Made by a program: the position numbers and the translations under genes | The notes under the pieces: model-generated | Databases searched by the model: none | What the model was told of the DNA's origin: nothing | What the model saw: only the letters and a program-made list of their open reading frames with translations | Virus record (IMG/VR): IMGVR_UViG_3300049144_000052 | Location: 1 to 64,000 of that record | DNA: 64,000 bases | Direction: 5' to 3' (one strand) | Origin: a virus | Lineage: Duplodnaviria; Caudoviricetes | Shown here: piece by piece, positions 17,957 through 27,985 of the stretch | Layout of the letters: every line of letters begins with the position of its first letter | Position numbering within the stretch: the stretch's first letter is position 1

Positions 17957-18219
17957 GAGCTGTGGCAAGCCGAGGCAAAAGCAGCCGGCGCATCGTCCGC
18001 GAAGGCCGGCGGTACTGGAGCGACCGGCCCACCAGCGGAGGCAAAGCAGCCGGCATCGGCTACGGACTCCGCACCGGATCGTTCACACGCTGCGTATCCC
18101 GCGTGCAGCGCTTCATGGGGCCCAGGGCGCGCGGGTACTGCGCCCTTCGCTTCCACGAGGCGACCGGTGCATGGCCCGGGTCAAAAGCCAACCGGGGATC
18201 CAAAGGACGACGTAGCTAA
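17953..18219 (+). CDS. Basic phage protein with RC...GYCALRFHEATGAWPG motif
   Basis: GTGA overlap, AAGGAG RBS; motif resembles small actinophage head-region proteins. Confidence 0.65.
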   Translation: MRAVASRGKSSRRIVREGRRYWSDRPTSGGKAAGIGYGLRTGSFTRCVSRVQRFMGPRARGYCALRFHEATGAWPGSKANRGSKGRRS

Positions 18220-18337
18220 GCCAACTACCGCCTGCGCCGGGTGAGTTGGCCTGGGAGAATGGGACAAAGAACCCCGGCGAGTGCTGCGAACACTCCCGGG
18301 GCCACGGCCAGCCCTGACACCACAGACCAGGACCGAC

Positions 18338-19228
18338 ATGACCCAGGCTATACGCCCCGAGTTCATCAGCTGCGCCCGATGCGGATCCGAGAAGAAGGTC
18401 GGGCAGCGCGGCCCCATTCCAGTCTTCTGCTCAGGCGCATGCCGGGCCGGCAACAAGAACGACCGTCGCATAGATATCGAATGCACGCACTGCGGCCAGC
18501 CCGCCAGTGTTCGCGACGGCACCCGGTACTGCTCGTCCCGCTGCCGGAACGCCGGCAGCTATCGGGCCGCCCGGGAGGATGGGCGATACGACGCCGCCCT
18601 GGCAAAGTCCCGCGAGGCTACCGCCCACCGGCAAGCCGCCAATGCGCGACCTTGTCCCTACTGCGGCGATCCCATGCTGAACCCGAGACGAGTCCAGTGC
18701 GGCGAGCCAGACTGCAAGCGGGCATTCCAGCGCGATCGAGTACGCAAGTGGCACCGCGAATACCAGGCCAAGAACGGCCAGTGGTACGGGGCTGCCAACT
18801 ACGCCGAGCAGCAGCGCGAGTACAGCCGACGTCGGTACCGCGAGATGCCTCACTGGCGAGAGAGGTATCCGGAAGTGGCGGCACTTGCTGACGCACGTCG
18901 GCGCATGCTCATCCAACAGGCAGACCAAGGCGAGCGGTTCGCCCCTATCGAGGTGTACGAGCGGGACGGCTGGACGTGCGGGTTGTGCCAGCTGCCGGTG
19001 GACCCAGGTCTGCCGTGGCCGGACCCCGTGAGCGCCTCGGTGGACCACATCCTTCCTCTGTCCCAAGGCGGATCGCACACGCTTGCCAACGTGCAATGTG
19101 CTCATCTGAGCTGCAACAGTCGGAAGTGCGATCGATTCGATTTAGTCCAAGCGGACGGACATCAGAATGATCTAGCTGCCCGCTCGGAGACTTCCGATGG
19201 GATGGATCAAGAATCCACCCAACCATGA
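18338..19228 (+). CDS. HNH endonuclease with N-terminal zinc-finger repeats, free-standing homing type
   Basis: CxxC...FCSxxC repeats; YERDGWTCGLC...SVDHILPLSQGGSHTLANVQCAHLSCN. Confidence 0.85.
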   Translation: MTQAIRPEFISCARCGSEKKVGQRGPIPVFCSGACRAGNKNDRRIDIECTHCGQPASVRDGTRYCSSRCRNAGSYRAAREDGRYDAALAKSREATAHRQAANARPCPYCGDPMLNPRRVQCGEPDCKRAFQRDRVRKWHREYQAKNGQWYGAANYAEQQREYSRRRYREMPHWRERYPEVAALADARRRMLIQQADQGERFAPIEVYERDGWTCGLCQLPVDPGLPWPDPVSASVDHILPLSQGGSHTLANVQCAHLSCNSRKCDRFDLVQADGHQNDLAARSETSDGMDQESTQP

Positions 19229-19337
19229 TCACCTGGGGCAAGATCCCCTTCCCATGATCCTTTCGGATCGGGGCCGTGTACGCGCTAAGGCCGAGGACGG
19301 GTCTGGGGACTTTGAGATCTTGAGGGAGGTGGGTTCC

Positions 19338-19817
19338 GTGGCTGGTCGCGGCCCACAGCCGAAGGATCCGTCGCGCCGGGCCCGAGGGAACAAGGACCCG
19401 ATCGCCCAGACCGTTCTGCGCTTCGAGCATGCGGAGCCGCCCGAGTTGCCGACCCTGTCGGTGCTGAAGGATGGCGAACTGGTCGAGTACGCGTGGCCGG
19501 CGAGGACGTTGGACTGGTGGGAGATGTGGAAAGCGTCGCCTCAGGCGGAGCACTTCTCGTCGACCGACTGGGACTTTCTGCTCGACACCGCCGTTGTGCA
19601 CGCCCGGTTGTGGTCGGGGGAGATGTCGGCGGCGGCCGAGCTCCGGTTGCGGGTGGCGAAGTTCGGCGCGACTCCGGAGGACCGGGCCAGGTTGCGGATG
19701 CAGTTCGCTCAGGCCGATGAGGCGGACAGTAAGCGTCCTGAGGGTGGGCGGTCGGCGAGGGAGAGGCGCGGGGTTCTGCGGGCGCTGCCGCCCCCGGAGG
19801 AAGCGTCGGGGGGCTGA
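19338..19817 (+). CDS. terS: Terminase small subunit
   Basis: GRGPQPK start, AAELRLRVAKFGATPEDRARL; directly before terL. Confidence 0.8.
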   Translation: MAGRGPQPKDPSRRARGNKDPIAQTVLRFEHAEPPELPTLSVLKDGELVEYAWPARTLDWWEMWKASPQAEHFSSTDWDFLLDTAVVHARLWSGEMSAAAELRLRVAKFGATPEDRARLRMQFAQADEADSKRPEGGRSARERRGVLRALPPPEEASGG

Positions 19818-19818
19818 C

Positions 19819-21450
19819 ATGCCGTGGAAGCCGCCAGAACCGGGGGCGGTGCCGTCCCTGGGGTTCGAGGTCATTGACTGGATCTCGGAGATGCTGGCGG
19901 CTCCGGACCGCGGCGAGTACGAGCCGTTCCTGCTGTACCCGGAGCAGGAAGACTTCGTCCTTCGCTACTACGAGATCAACCCTCACACCGGCAAGCGTCG
20001 CTTCCGGCGAGGCGTCATCAGCCGGCCGCGCGGCTGGGGCAAATCGCCGTTCCTGGCCGCCCTGGCGATCGTCGAGGCACTCGGCCCGGTGGTCCCGGAT
20101 GGCTGGGACGCGGACGGTCAGCCGGTGGGCAAACCGTGGTCTGAGGTGCGAACTCCGCTGGTGCAGATCGCGGCTGTGTCGGAGACGCAGACGAAGAACA
20201 CGTGGGCGCCGTTGCTGGAGATGCTGCAAGGTCCGGTGCTTGAGGAGTATCCGGGGCTAGAGCCCTTGGACTCCTTTGTGAATCTGCCGCGGGGCCGGAT
20301 CGAGCCGATCACGTCGTCGGCTCGGACAGTGAAGGGCAATAAGCCTGTATTCGCGGTTCTTGACCAGACCGAGGAGTGGGTGCGGTCGAACAACGGGTTG
20401 CGCCTGGCGGAGACGATGCGGATCAACGCAGCGAAGGTCGGCGGCACAACGATCGAATCTCCGAACGCGTACATCCCGGGTGAGGGGTCGGTTGCCGAGG
20501 AGTCGGCGGCGTTCTGGACGAAGATTCGTGAGGGTCGGGCGAAGGATGACGGCCTCTACTACGACCATCGTGAAGCACCGCCCGAGACTGATCTGACGGA
20601 CCGGCAGTCATTGATCGCTGGGCTCGCGTACACCTACGGGGACTCAGCTGATCGCAACGGCGGGCATGTCGACCTGGACACGATCGTGGCAACGATCTGG
20701 GATCCGAGTACTGACCCTCAGACGTCGCGGGCGGACTTCCTCAACCAGATCACGCACGCCTCCGACTCGTGGATCTCTCAGCCCGAGTGGGCTGGTGTCG
20801 CGGCGCCGGACAAGGTGGTGGGGCACGGCGAGGAGATCGTTCTCGGGTTCGACGGCTCGCGGCGCCGTAATCGCGGTGTCACGGACGCTACGGCCCTCGT
20901 CGGGTGCCGGGTGTCGGACGGCCATCTTTTCCTTGTGGACTGCTGGGAGCAGCCAGATGGGCCGTTCGGTCAGGACTGGCAGGTGCCCACGGTGGAAGTG
21001 CTGGCGAAGGTCGAGGAGGCGTTCCGCGACTACAAGGTCGTCGGGATGTACGCGGACCCTGCCCGCTGGGAGTCCCACGTTGCGAAGTGGGAGGCCGAAC
21101 ACGGCCGCCGGTTGAAGCTGAAGGCTTCAGCCCAGCATCCGATCGAGTGGTGGATGACGGGCGGCCGATCCTTCCAGATTGTTCGGGCGCTGGAGAAGTT
21201 CCGGTCGAGCGTCGTGGATGGCGAACTGTCGCACGACGGGTCGAGCGTCCTCACGCGGCACATCCTGAATGCCCGGCGGCGTGAGTCGCGGAGCGGCATC
21301 CAGATCATGAAGGAGCACCCGGATAGCGCACGGAAGATCGATGCCGCTGTTGCGGCAGTTCTCGCCTGGCAATGCCGCGTGGACGCCATGGCCAAGGGGC
21401 TCGGCCGCAAGAAGGCCAGCAAGTCGGGACGGGTGGTGGTGCTGCGGTGA
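19819..21450 (+). CDS. terL: Terminase large subunit
   Basis: SRPRGWGKS Walker A, VLDQTE, LGFDGS nuclease motif, KIDAAVAAVLA. Confidence 0.92.
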   Translation: MPWKPPEPGAVPSLGFEVIDWISEMLAAPDRGEYEPFLLYPEQEDFVLRYYEINPHTGKRRFRRGVISRPRGWGKSPFLAALAIVEALGPVVPDGWDADGQPVGKPWSEVRTPLVQIAAVSETQTKNTWAPLLEMLQGPVLEEYPGLEPLDSFVNLPRGRIEPITSSARTVKGNKPVFAVLDQTEEWVRSNNGLRLAETMRINAAKVGGTTIESPNAYIPGEGSVAEESAAFWTKIREGRAKDDGLYYDHREAPPETDLTDRQSLIAGLAYTYGDSADRNGGHVDLDTIVATIWDPSTDPQTSRADFLNQITHASDSWISQPEWAGVAAPDKVVGHGEEIVLGFDGSRRRNRGVTDATALVGCRVSDGHLFLVDCWEQPDGPFGQDWQVPTVEVLAKVEEAFRDYKVVGMYADPARWESHVAKWEAEHGRRLKLKASAQHPIEWWMTGGRSFQIVRALEKFRSSVVDGELSHDGSSVLTRHILNARRRESRSGIQIMKEHPDSARKIDAAVAAVLAWQCRVDAMAKGLGRKKASKSGRVVVLR

Positions 21451-22913
21451 CCCTCTCGATCCCTGAACTCCCGCTGGTGTACCTGTCGGATGATGAACTC
21501 GCCCTGATCAACGTGCTGCGTGCGGATATGCAGCGGGACCGGTACGCCTTGCTGTTGCGGGACGCGTACTTCAACGGCGAGCAGCTGGTCCGCGATCTCG
21601 GCATCAGCATCCCCCCGCAGCTCAAGGGCCTGCACACGGTCATCGGCTGGCCGCGGGTAGGCGTCGAGAGTCTGGAAGAGCGCCTCGACCTGGAGGCGTT
21701 CCGCTGGGCTGACGGCGCGGACTCGTCGGAGTTGGCTGAGATCGCCGACGCCAATGATCTGTTCGACGAGTCGAGCCTCGCGCACCTTGATGCGCTCGTC
21801 TACGGCCGCGAGTATCTGGCGGTCGGTTCGGGGGATTGCCGCACGGATGACTGTCCGCCGTTGATCTCTGCGGAGTCGCCGCTGGATATGACGTTGATGT
21901 GGGATGCCCGTCTGCGGATGGGTACGGCGGCGCTGCGGGAGTGCCAGGCTGACGGATTCGTCGAGTCGGGTCCTGATGAGCGGATGATCGTCCTCTATCT
22001 GCCGGATCAGACCATCACCGCTCTGCCGTCCCCGTCGGGCGGCTGGGAGGTCGTCGACCGGGACATCCACAACTTGGGTGTCGTTCCGGTGGTGCGGATG
22101 GCGAACCGGCAGCGCACCGCGGACCGTGTCGGCAAGAGTGAGATCACCCCGGAGGTCATGTCGATCACGGATGCCGCGTGCCGGCGTCTGATGGGCATGG
22201 AGGTGGCTGCGGAGTTCTTCGGCGCCCCGCAGCGCTACATTCTCGGCGCGTCCGAGTCGGCTTTCCAGGACGCTGAGGGCAACGCCAAGAGCGCCTGGGA
22301 GACGTACATCGGCCGCGTGCTGGCGCTTGAGCGGGACGAGGACGGCCAGGTACCGACGGTCGGCCAGTTCGCCGCGCACGATCCGACGGCGATGACGCGG
22401 ATCATCGACCTGTACGCGCGGATCATGTCGAGCCAGTTCGGGCTGCCGCCGCACATGCTGGGCTACACCACCGACAACCCGGCGAGCGCGGATGCGATCC
22501 GGTCGACTGAGGCGAAGCTGGTCAAGCGGTCGGAGCGTCGGATCCGCAGGTATGGGGCGGCGTGGCAGCAGGCCATGCGGCTGGCCCTGTGGGTGCGTGA
22601 TGGGGAGCCGCCGGACAAGACCCGGCGGATCGAGACGGTATGGCGGAACCCGGCGACACCTACGGTGGCCGCTCAGGCGGACGCCACGGTGAAACTGGTC
22701 CAGGCGGGCATCCTGCCGGCGGATTCCGACGTCACGCTCGAGATGGCAGGACTGACCGAGGGGCAGCGCCAGCGAGTGAGGGCGGATCGCCGCCGCTCAG
22801 GCGCTGCGGCCACTGGCGGGCGGCTGCTGGATCGGCTGGCCGGCCTGGACGAACGGCCCTCGACGGCGCTGCCGGATGTGGTGGAGGTCGACGGTGGCGA
22901 CGACGGTCTCTGA
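21447..22913 (+). CDS. Portal protein, SPP1 gp6-like
   Basis: Position after terL; GWPRVGVESLEERL, NPASADAIRS and W..PATPT patterns. Confidence 0.9.
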   Translation: MTLSIPELPLVYLSDDELALINVLRADMQRDRYALLLRDAYFNGEQLVRDLGISIPPQLKGLHTVIGWPRVGVESLEERLDLEAFRWADGADSSELAEIADANDLFDESSLAHLDALVYGREYLAVGSGDCRTDDCPPLISAESPLDMTLMWDARLRMGTAALRECQADGFVESGPDERMIVLYLPDQTITALPSPSGGWEVVDRDIHNLGVVPVVRMANRQRTADRVGKSEITPEVMSITDAACRRLMGMEVAAEFFGAPQRYILGASESAFQDAEGNAKSAWETYIGRVLALERDEDGQVPTVGQFAAHDPTAMTRIIDLYARIMSSQFGLPPHMLGYTTDNPASADAIRSTEAKLVKRSERRIRRYGAAWQQAMRLALWVRDGEPPDKTRRIETVWRNPATPTVAAQADATVKLVQAGILPADSDVTLEMAGLTEGQRQRVRADRRRSGAAATGGRLLDRLAGLDERPSTALPDVVEVDGGDDGL

Positions 22914-23643
22914 CGGCGGCCGTGATCCGGACCGGTATCGGGCTGCACAGCGCAGCTTGTCTCGGCTGCTGTTGCGGGATGTTCGCAGGTTGCGGCGTCT
23001 GATCATTCCGTCGCGGTTGCGTTCGTCGGTGCCGGACTGGGCTGCTGCTGTTCAGGCCGTTGTTGACCAGTACGCGCAGACGTCGGCCGCTTTGGGTGCC
23101 GAGTTCTACGACGCCCAGCGGGAGGCTGCCGGGGTGACGGACTCGTTCACGGTGCCCGTTGCCGACCCGCCCCCTGAGGAGCGCACGGAGGCGAGCCTGC
23201 GGTGGGCGACGAAGGATGTGTGGGAGCGGGATCCCGACGTTGCGACGCCGGCGCAGTTGGAGCCTCTCGACGTCCGGCTGGAGCAGGCGGAGAAGAAGGC
23301 CGAGTTGGTGGTGCAGAAGCTCGTCACCGACGCGGGCCGTGGCACGGTGATTGAGGCGGTGCGTCAGGACCGGCAGGCGACCGCGTGGGCCCGTTCGGCA
23401 GCCCTGGGTGCCTGCGCCTTCTGCCGCATGCTCGCTATACGGGGCGCCGTCTATAAGCGGGACACGGTCGACTTCCGCGCCCATGACGGCTGCCACTGCA
23501 TGACCATTCCCGTGTTTGCCGGGCAGCGGTTCGAGCTGTCCGACAAGGCCAAGGAGTGGGAGCGGCTGTACCGGGAGTACGCCGCGCCCTACTCGGGCGA
23601 TCAGCTCCGCCGGTTCAGGCGGGCCATAGCCGAGCACGGCTGA
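22894..23643 (+). CDS. Capsid maturation / minor head protein
   Basis: Between portal and scaffold; ACAFCRMLA...FRAHDGCHC motif. Confidence 0.75.
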   Translation: MATTVSDGGRDPDRYRAAQRSLSRLLLRDVRRLRRLIIPSRLRSSVPDWAAAVQAVVDQYAQTSAALGAEFYDAQREAAGVTDSFTVPVADPPPEERTEASLRWATKDVWERDPDVATPAQLEPLDVRLEQAEKKAELVVQKLVTDAGRGTVIEAVRQDRQATAWARSAALGACAFCRMLAIRGAVYKRDTVDFRAHDGCHCMTIPVFAGQRFELSDKAKEWERLYREYAAPYSGDQLRRFRRAIAEHG

Positions 23644-23722
23644 GAGCCGAGCTCACCGTTCAACGAGGTCGCCCTGGTGGCGGCCTTTCTCATTTCCACA
23701 GCCCCTGGAGGGCCGATTCGTC

Positions 23723-24373
23723 ATGCCTGAAGAGACCGAGACGACCGAGCAGCAGGACACCGGCGCCGACGAAACCGCCGAGGAGACGGCGACCGAGGAG
23801 AGCGGCACCGACACCACGGAGGACACCCAGGAGGCGGACACCGGCGGCGAGGACAAGCCGTTCGACCGGAAGAAGTTCGAGGCGGAGCTGCGTAAGAAGA
23901 ACAGCGAGGCCGCGAACCTCCGAAAGCGCCTGAAGGAGCTCGAACCGCTGGCGAAGAAGGCCAAGGAGTTCGAGGACGCACAGAAGTCCGAGACTGAGCG
24001 CCTCAACGATCAGTTGGCCGCTGCGACCGAGCAGATCGCCAATACCCGCAAGCGCCTCGTCGAGGCGCGCGTGCAGGCTCTGGCTGGAACGGCGGCGGGC
24101 GAGCGTGCAGCGTTCACGGATCCCGAGGACGCACTCAGTTCGCTCGACCTCGGCTCGTACATCGACGACTCGGGTGACATCGACGAGTCCGCCATTGAGG
24201 CGGATCTCCAGGCGCTGTTGGAGCGCAAGCCGCACTGGGCCAAGACGGCTCAGCCCCAGGAGGGCCCGCGGCGACCTGCGCCGGACCGCACTCAGGCGTC
24301 CGGCGCCAACAAGAAGCAGGCCCCCAACCCTCGCGACGAGTTCGCCGGGTGGCTGAGTTCGAAGCTCACGTAG
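23723..24373 (+). CDS. Capsid scaffolding protein
   Basis: Acidic N-terminus, coiled coil, position before the capsid gene. Confidence 0.85.
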   Translation: MPEETETTEQQDTGADETAEETATEESGTDTTEDTQEADTGGEDKPFDRKKFEAELRKKNSEAANLRKRLKELEPLAKKAKEFEDAQKSETERLNDQLAAATEQIANTRKRLVEARVQALAGTAAGERAAFTDPEDALSSLDLGSYIDDSGDIDESAIEADLQALLERKPHWAKTAQPQEGPRRPAPDRTQASGANKKQAPNPRDEFAGWLSSKLT

Positions 24374-24392
24374 CTTCGGGAGAAGAGACATC

Positions 24393-25349
24393 ATGGCGGT
24401 CACCGCCCCCCTGACGCTGTCCAACGTGGACAGCGCGCTCCTGCCCCGCACGATCACGGCGCCGATCTTCGAGAAGTCGGTGGAGGCCAGCGCGGTCATG
24501 CAGCTGGCCCGTCCGGCGCCGCTGGCCCTGGACGCCACCACCTCGGTGCCGATCCCGATGGACGTGCCGACCGCCGACTGGGTCGGCCAGGCGGCGAAGA
24601 AGCCCCTGTCGACCGGCGGCGTCGACGTCAAGCAGATGCAGGCCAAGAAGGTCGCCGTGCTGATCCCGGTCGCGATGGAGGTCGCGAAGACCAACGCGGG
24701 CGGCCTGTACGACCAGCTTCAGAAGGATCTGCCGACGGCGTTCGCGCGGGCCTTCGACCACGCGACGATCCACGGAAAGACGATGAAGGGCGCCGCAGGC
24801 CCGTTCACCGAGTACCTGGCCGCGACTTCCAACAGCGTGGCGCTGGGTACGGCCACGCAGGCGCAGGGCGGCATTTGGGCCGACTTCGTCAACGGCATGG
24901 CCGAGGTCGTCGACGACGACTGGGACTACACCGGTACGGTGGCGGACCACCGGCTGAAGCCGTCGCTACTGCTGGCGACGGACACGACGGGCCGGCCGAT
25001 CCTGGTAGACACGCAGACGCCGGGCACGAACATGGCGGCGGCTGGCACGCTGATCGGCGAGCCGCTCGCGTACTCCCGCAGCGTGTCGGGTAAGCAGCGC
25101 CGGCAGTCGGCGAGCGTCGACACTGGCCTTCGGGCGATCGGCGGCGACTGGAGTCAGGCCGCATATGGGGTCGGAATGGACATTACGGTCCGGATCTCCG
25201 ACCAGGCGACCTACGTCGACGAGGAGGGCGGCGTCCACTCCGCCTTCCAGGAGAACCTCGTCCTGATCCTCGCGGAGGCCTACTACGGCTTCGTCATGGG
25301 CGACGTCGACGCGTTCGTCAAGTTCACCGGCACCCCTTCGGGGTCCTGA
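24393..25349 (+). CDS. Major capsid protein (HK97 fold)
   Basis: 318 aa after scaffold; KKVAVLIPV, FARAFD, FQENLVLILAEAYYG; ends TPSGS. Confidence 0.92.
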   Translation: MAVTAPLTLSNVDSALLPRTITAPIFEKSVEASAVMQLARPAPLALDATTSVPIPMDVPTADWVGQAAKKPLSTGGVDVKQMQAKKVAVLIPVAMEVAKTNAGGLYDQLQKDLPTAFARAFDHATIHGKTMKGAAGPFTEYLAATSNSVALGTATQAQGGIWADFVNGMAEVVDDDWDYTGTVADHRLKPSLLLATDTTGRPILVDTQTPGTNMAAAGTLIGEPLAYSRSVSGKQRRQSASVDTGLRAIGGDWSQAAYGVGMDITVRISDQATYVDEEGGVHSAFQENLVLILAEAYYGFVMGDVDAFVKFTGTPSGS

Positions 25350-26383
25350 TGGCGAGGGCTGTCCCGGCTTCCGCGCCGGGCGGGGCAGCCAAGCCCCTGA
25401 AGATCGTCGCCCGCGTGCATGCGATGCCGCCTGAGCACAATGCGGGCGCCGAACACATGCTCGTGTCGATGCTCCGGCCGCTGGTGGAGCGCGGGCATGA
25501 CGTGTCTGTGTGGCTGTCCCGCTACGGCAAGGCTCACAAGGAGTACGACTACCGGGGCATCCGGGTGGTGCCGTTGGAGTCGCGGCTCGACTTCCCGAAC
25601 GCGGTGAAGCGCTCCGATGTGCTGCTCGCTCATCTGGAGACGGTGCCGTCGGCGGCGTCTCTGGCCCGTGGTTGGGGCAAGCCGCTGGTGGTGGTCTGCC
25701 ACAACACGCACCGGCCGACGTTCCGGGACGCTGCGGCGGGTGGAACCGCACTGGCGGTCTACAACTCCCTGTGGATGGAGCGGGAGGCGGAGCTGTTCTT
25801 CGCCGAGTATCCGAAGTCCATCCGCCCCGAGTCGTCGCTGATTGTGCGCCCTCCGGTGTTCGCCGACGAGTACGCGACGAAACCCGGCAAGGCCATCACG
25901 CTGATCAACTGCAATCCGGAGAAGGGCGGCAAGGTCCTCGACGCGCTGGCCCGCCGCATGCCGGATCAGCAGTTCCTTGCCGTGAAGGGCGCCTATGGCG
26001 AGCAAGTCCTCCCGGATCTTCCCAACGTGGAGATCGTCGAGCATGTTCGTGGCGAGGACATGCGGGAGCAGGTGTACGCCCGCACCCGCGTTCTGCTGAT
26101 GCCGTCTTCCTACGAGTCGTGGGGGCGGGCTGGCTGCGAGGCGTTGGCGAGCGGTATCCCCGTAGTGGCTCACCCGACGCCGGGTCTGTGCGAGTCGCTG
26201 GGAGAGGCCGGAATCTTCGTGGACCGCGCCGACGTCGCGGGCTACGAGGCGGTCCTCCGGAAGCTGCTCACCGCGGCGGAGTATCGCCTCGCGTCGAAGC
26301 GGGCGAAGGCCCGGTCTGCCGAACTCGATCCGGCTGCTGATCTGGCTGCCTGGTGCAGTGCCGTGGAGGCTCTGGCCCGTTAG
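25349..26383 (+). CDS. GT-B fold (GT4-like) glycosyltransferase coupled to the capsid gene
   Basis: GAEH...LVERGHDV start, NPEKGG, LLMPSSYESWGRAGCEALASGIPVVA, GLCESLG; TGATG overlap. Confidence 0.88.
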   Translation: MARAVPASAPGGAAKPLKIVARVHAMPPEHNAGAEHMLVSMLRPLVERGHDVSVWLSRYGKAHKEYDYRGIRVVPLESRLDFPNAVKRSDVLLAHLETVPSAASLARGWGKPLVVVCHNTHRPTFRDAAAGGTALAVYNSLWMEREAELFFAEYPKSIRPESSLIVRPPVFADEYATKPGKAITLINCNPEKGGKVLDALARRMPDQQFLAVKGAYGEQVLPDLPNVEIVEHVRGEDMREQVYARTRVLLMPSSYESWGRAGCEALASGIPVVAHPTPGLCESLGEAGIFVDRADVAGYEAVLRKLLTAAEYRLASKRAKARSAELDPAADLAAWCSAVEALAR

Positions 26384-26391
26384 GAGGCGTC

Positions 26392-26805
26392 GTGGCTTTC
26401 GTCCCTCCGACCGCTGAGCAGCTCGGCCTCTATCTGGGGCTCGACGAGATCCAGGGCGACCGGGCCGACCTGTTGCTCACGACAGCGGTCGCCCTCTGCC
26501 AGACGGTGATCAAGCCGCTCCCGGAGGGTGCCGAAGCTGTCGTCCTGTCGGTTGCGGGCCGCGCCTACGTGAACCCGCAGCAGGTGTCCTACGAGACGAT
26601 CGGCCCGATGTCGGTGCAGCGTCCCCAGGGTTCTGGCGGCCTGTACCTGACCAAGGCGGACAAGTCCGCGCTGAAGTCGCTGGCCGGCCGCGGGGGCGCG
26701 TTCACGGTGGATCCGACACCGGCGACGGCGGATCCGTCGCCGACGTGGCCGATCGACGACGCCGGCTTCGCCGACGAGTTCGAGCCCGGATGGGGGTACT
26801 CCTGA
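26392..26805 (+). CDS. Head-tail connector/adaptor
   Basis: Position; RAYVNPQQVSYETIGP motif. Confidence 0.75.
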   Translation: MAFVPPTAEQLGLYLGLDEIQGDRADLLLTTAVALCQTVIKPLPEGAEAVVLSVAGRAYVNPQQVSYETIGPMSVQRPQGSGGLYLTKADKSALKSLAGRGGAFTVDPTPATADPSPTWPIDDAGFADEFEPGWGYS

Positions 26806-27176
26806 TGCCGGCGCCGTACCCGTTCGGGGAGACGGTGCGGATTGTGCGTACCGGTCCGTCGCCGGGAAGGGATCCGCGCGGGCATCCGTTGCCGGGCCCG
26901 GACGAGTCGTTCGACATCGAGGGCTGTGTGGTGACGCCGCGGGCGGAGACGCCGCAGGTGGGCGGCAGCCAGCAGCAGGACCGGGACACGGTCATCGTCG
27001 GCTGGACGGTGTACGCCCCTGCTGGCCATCCGGGGATGCCGCTACGCACCACGGACGGGGCTGTGATTCGCGGCGTGAGGTGTGAGATCACGGGCGAGCC
27101 GGGCGACTGGGGGCGGTCCCCGTTCACCGGCACCCGCGGTGTGGTCCAGTTCGCTGCCGACCGTGTCACTGGCTGA
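26805..27176 (+). CDS. Head-to-tail stopper
   Basis: Position; TGATG coupling; EITGEPGDW motif. Confidence 0.7.
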   Translation: MPAPYPFGETVRIVRTGPSPGRDPRGHPLPGPDESFDIEGCVVTPRAETPQVGGSQQQDRDTVIVGWTVYAPAGHPGMPLRTTDGAVIRGVRCEITGEPGDWGRSPFTGTRGVVQFAADRVTG

Positions 27177-27194
27177 CCAGGAAGGCGGTGGACG

Positions 27195-27524
27195 GTGCCT
27201 GCCCGGTTCAAGATGAAGCGTAAGGGCGTCGGGGAGATGCTGCGGATGCCGTCGATGCAGGCGGAGATGCTGCGGCGTGCCGAGGTCATCAAGGGTGTGG
27301 CGGTGGGCTTGTCCCCGGTGGACGAGAACGGTCCTCATCCTGGGCATTACAAGGAGTCGTGGGAGACGGACAGCACGGCTCGTGGTGGCCGGCGCCGAGA
27401 CCGGGCGACAGCCGTCGTCCGTAACACGGCCTATTACGCCCGCTGGGTGGAGTACGGCACGGAGAAGGTCCACGCCCATCATGTGCTGCTGCGGGCAGCG
27501 CAGTTGGGTGGGCGGAACCAGTGA
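27195..27524 (+). CDS. HK97 gp10-like neck protein
   Basis: GHYKESW and YARWVEYGT motifs. Confidence 0.78.
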   Translation: MPARFKMKRKGVGEMLRMPSMQAEMLRRAEVIKGVAVGLSPVDENGPHPGHYKESWETDSTARGGRRRDRATAVVRNTAYYARWVEYGTEKVHAHHVLLRAAQLGGRNQ

Positions 27525-27913
27525 CCGCCCTCGTCGACATCGAGCTGGAGCTCATCGGCCGCGGCCAGGCCCGATTCCCGGACGCGGTGGTGCGGGACGA
27601 GCTCGACAACAACCTGCTCAACGAGTTGCCGACGATCCAGATCCAGCAGATCCCCGGCGGCGACGATGACGGGCTGAGGCTCGGCCGGATGCTCGTCGAC
27701 ATCGACGTGTACGCCACCACCAGGGCTGATGCGATCACGCTGGCCCGTGCGGTGCACGACTGGGTGACTGGCGAACTTCGCGGCTCGACCAGCGACACCG
27801 CCGTCATCGGCCGCACAGGCGGCCTCACGCTGCCGGCACCTCGCCCCTACGACAACACCGCCCTGCGCCGTGTCGGGGCGACCTACGAAATCTTCTGCCA
27901 CCCGGTCTCCTGA
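27521..27913 (+). CDS. Tail terminator protein
   Basis: Position before the major tail gene; VDIDVYATTRADA. Confidence 0.72.
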   Translation: MTALVDIELELIGRGQARFPDAVVRDELDNNLLNELPTIQIQQIPGGDDDGLRLGRMLVDIDVYATTRADAITLARAVHDWVTGELRGSTSDTAVIGRTGGLTLPAPRPYDNTALRRVGATYEIFCHPVS

Positions 27914-27985
27914 CCGGCTGCTGGGCCCGCGCCGGACCCGTTTCTCCCGCCCGTGCGCGGGCTCTTCCATGTCTGGAGACATCTC

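Noticed and set aside
18338-19228. Group I intron or intein carrying the HNH
   Set aside because: The ORF lies between genes; the flanking genes look uninterrupted
19229-19337. cos site before terS
   Set aside because: Plausible position, but no sequence I can identify as a cohesive end; needs terminus mapping from reads
21030-22454. 474-aa minus-strand ORF across terL and portal
   Set aside because: Antisense shadow of well-supported genes; the same applies to most overlapping ORFs in the track
25340-25360. Read-through or frameshift fusing capsid to the glycosyltransferase
   Set aside because: TGATG is ordinary translational coupling; no slippery sequence before the stop
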